Assembly (NCBI GenBank): GCA_024413465.1
Contig: JAKSVU010000001.1
Span: 90,934-154,933 of the forward strand
Length of the DNA stretch: 64,000 nucleotides
DNA from: Alphaproteobacteria bacterium
GTDB taxonomy: Bacteria; Pseudomonadota; Alphaproteobacteria; CAAGCB01; CAG-977
Direction of reading: 5' to 3'
Shown: positions 62,256 to 64,000 of the stretch, piece by piece
Numbering within the stretch: the stretch's first letter is position 1
Layout: the number at the start of each line of letters is the position of its first letter
Made by a program: the position numbers and the translations under genes
Notes under the pieces: model-generated
Database searches by the model: none
What the model was told of the DNA's origin: nothing
The model's input: the letters and a program-made list of their open reading frames with translations, nothing else

Positions 62256-63508
62256 TATATTAATCTTTGTTCAATTTGCTCATATGATGTTGTTTTACTA
62301 ACAGGTCCTAATAATGCAAGTGTTATTTTCTGAGAAAACATATTTTTTGATAATAAATAGATATCCTCTAAAGACACTTTATTTATTTTTTCAATTAATT
62401 CTTCTTTTTCAATTAATCTATTAAAAATAAGTAGATGCCCTGCATTTTGCTCACATCTATTAGTTGGAGATTCTAATGACATTAAAATTCCTGCTTTAAA
62501 TTGTGCTTTTGCTCTCTGTAATTCTTCTTCAGAAACATGATCCTGTATTTTTTTTAATTCATCACAAATAACTTCTAATGTTTCATTTGCTTCATTTTCA
62601 CCTGTTCCTGCATAAACACCAAAAAGCCCCCCCTTAGCACTAGATGATGAAAATGAGTATACAGAATATGTTAAACCACGTTTTTCTCTAACTTCTTGAA
62701 ATAATCTTGATGACATTCCTCCACCTAAAATTGTAGATAAAATATTTGAAGTAAAATAATTATCATCATAAATACTTACACCTGGAAAGCCCAAAACCAT
62801 ATTAACTTGTTCAATATCTTTTATAATTCTTTTTTCACCACCAACGTATCTTGCATCTAAAGCGATTAATCCTTTTGCATGCTCTAGTTTAGAAAAAGCC
62901 TTTTGTATTAAATCAACAAAAACATCATGATTTAAATTTCCAGAAGCTGAAATAACCATTCTATCTGGCGTATAATTATTTTTCAAATAATCATGTAAAG
63001 TTTCTCTTGAAATAGCTTGAACAATCTCAATATTCCCTAAAATAGGTCGACCACATGGTTGTTCTGGATAAGCACATTCCTGGAAATAATCAAAAATAAT
63101 ATCATCTGGTGTATCAACAGACTGACTTATTTCTTGTAACACAACCGACTTTTCTCGATTAAATTCTGATGGTTCAAATGTTGAATTAAGAAGAATATCT
63201 GAAAGAATATCTACAGCTAAATTCAAATCTTCTTTTAACACTTTTATATAAAACGCTGTAGTCTCTCGAGAAGTCGCTGCATTAAAATATCCCCCAACAT
63301 TTTCAATTTCTTCAGCAATTTGTTTTGCTGTTCTTTTTTTAGTTCCTTTAAAAACCATATGTTCTAATAAATGCGAAATACCATTTATTTCTTTTGGTTC
63401 ATACATTGATCCTATATTTACCCAAGCTCCTAAAGAAATTGTTTCAATTTCTGGCATCGTATCAGTAACAATGCGAAGCCCACTTTTACATTTTGTAACC
63501 GTACGCAT
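62255..63508 (-). CDS. M16 family zinc metallopeptidase
   Basis: HLLEH inverted zinc motif, NAATSRE, SSRLFQEVREKRGLTYS. Confidence 0.93.
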   Translation of the reverse strand: MRTVTKCKSGLRIVTDTMPEIETISLGAWVNIGSMYEPKEINGISHLLEHMVFKGTKKRTAKQIAEEIENVGGYFNAATSRETTAFYIKVLKEDLNLAVDILSDILLNSTFEPSEFNREKSVVLQEISQSVDTPDDIIFDYFQECAYPEQPCGRPILGNIEIVQAISRETLHDYLKNNYTPDRMVISASGNLNHDVFVDLIQKAFSKLEHAKGLIALDARYVGGEKRIIKDIEQVNMVLGFPGVSIYDDNYFTSNILSTILGGGMSSRLFQEVREKRGLTYSVYSFSSSSAKGGLFGVYAGTGENEANETLEVICDELKKIQDHVSEEELQRAKAQFKAGILMSLESPTNRCEQNAGHLLIFNRLIEKEELIEKINKVSLEDIYLLSKNMFSQKITLALLGPVSKTTSYEQIEQRLI

Positions 63509-64000
63509 TATTTTCCCTCACATTTTTCTATAAAATCAATAACATCCTGAATTTTATTTTCAAGAACAATGTAATTTTCCTCTTTATTCATTAAATTCTT
63601 TAAAGAAAATGGTAATTCTGGACAAACACCAATTGCTTCATTAATTGGCTTAGGAAATTTGGCTGGATGAGCTGTTGCCAAGACAATCATTGGCACGTCT
63701 TTTTCACGATATTTTTCAGCAACCATTAAACCTATTGCTGAATGTGGATCTAAAATATATTGACATGTCTTATAAATTCTAGAAATCTCACACAATATTT
63801 GTTGATCATTGAAAGCATCTGCTTTCATAAATGAAGTTAACGTTTGTAGAACATCCATTGACACTGAATATTTTCCATTACTTTTAAAGCCTTCCATCAA
63901 TTGTGCTACTTTTTGACTATTTCTATCGCAAATTTCAAATAAAATTCGCTCAAAATTTGATGATATTTGAATATCCATAGATGGACTTATAGATGGTTTT
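63508..64000 (-). CDS. thrC: Threonine synthase, 5'-truncated by the window edge
   Basis: SPSMDIQISSNFER, DPHSA, LATAHPAKFP; thrC-M16 peptidase synteny. Confidence 0.93.
   Translation of the reverse strand, partial: KPSISPSMDIQISSNFERILFEICDRNSQKVAQLMEGFKSNGKYSVSMDVLQTLTSFMKADAFNDQQILCEISRIYKTCQYILDPHSAIGLMVAEKYREKDVPMIVLATAHPAKFPKPINEAIGVCPELPFSLKNLMNKEENYIVLENKIQDVIDFIEKCEGK

Noticed and set aside
1-64000. CRISPR array, transposase, prophage, rRNA or recoded stop codons
   Set aside because: No repeat-spacer periodicity or mobile-element motifs were seen by eye; TGA, TAG and TAA all end conserved genes at expected lengths

Overview
AT-rich bacterial chromosome segment (standard code 11). 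Gene orders such as gyrA-coaD-ppi, mltB-rlpA-dacC-tmk-holB-tatD, rpoZ-spoT-lepB-rnc-era-recO-parC and rpiB-glyA-nrdR-nusB indicate an alphaproteobacterium, probably a streamlined host-associated Rhodospirillales-like lineage (inference). A near-consensus dif site at 3017-3044 sits where gene orientation and G/C skew flip, so this is likely the replication terminus. Accessory content: (1) a TreS-less glgE-mak-glgB-glgX-malQ alpha-glucan operon beside tRNA-Ser; (2) four proteins with basic Arg-terminal tails, namely a second MalQ with a ~113-aa extension, two tandem HExxH metallopeptidases and one orphan, which may be type IV secretion effectors; (3) a DUF3800 RNase H-fold gene behind a two-hairpin leader RNA; (4) an orphan MotAB pair divergent from a PAS/GAF-GGDEF-EAL gene; (5) a DUF2934/metallothionein-like/Lys-rich mini-protein and an orphan zeta-toxin-like kinase. 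No CRISPR array, rRNA, transposase or prophage was seen. All family calls come from motif recognition, with no database searches.
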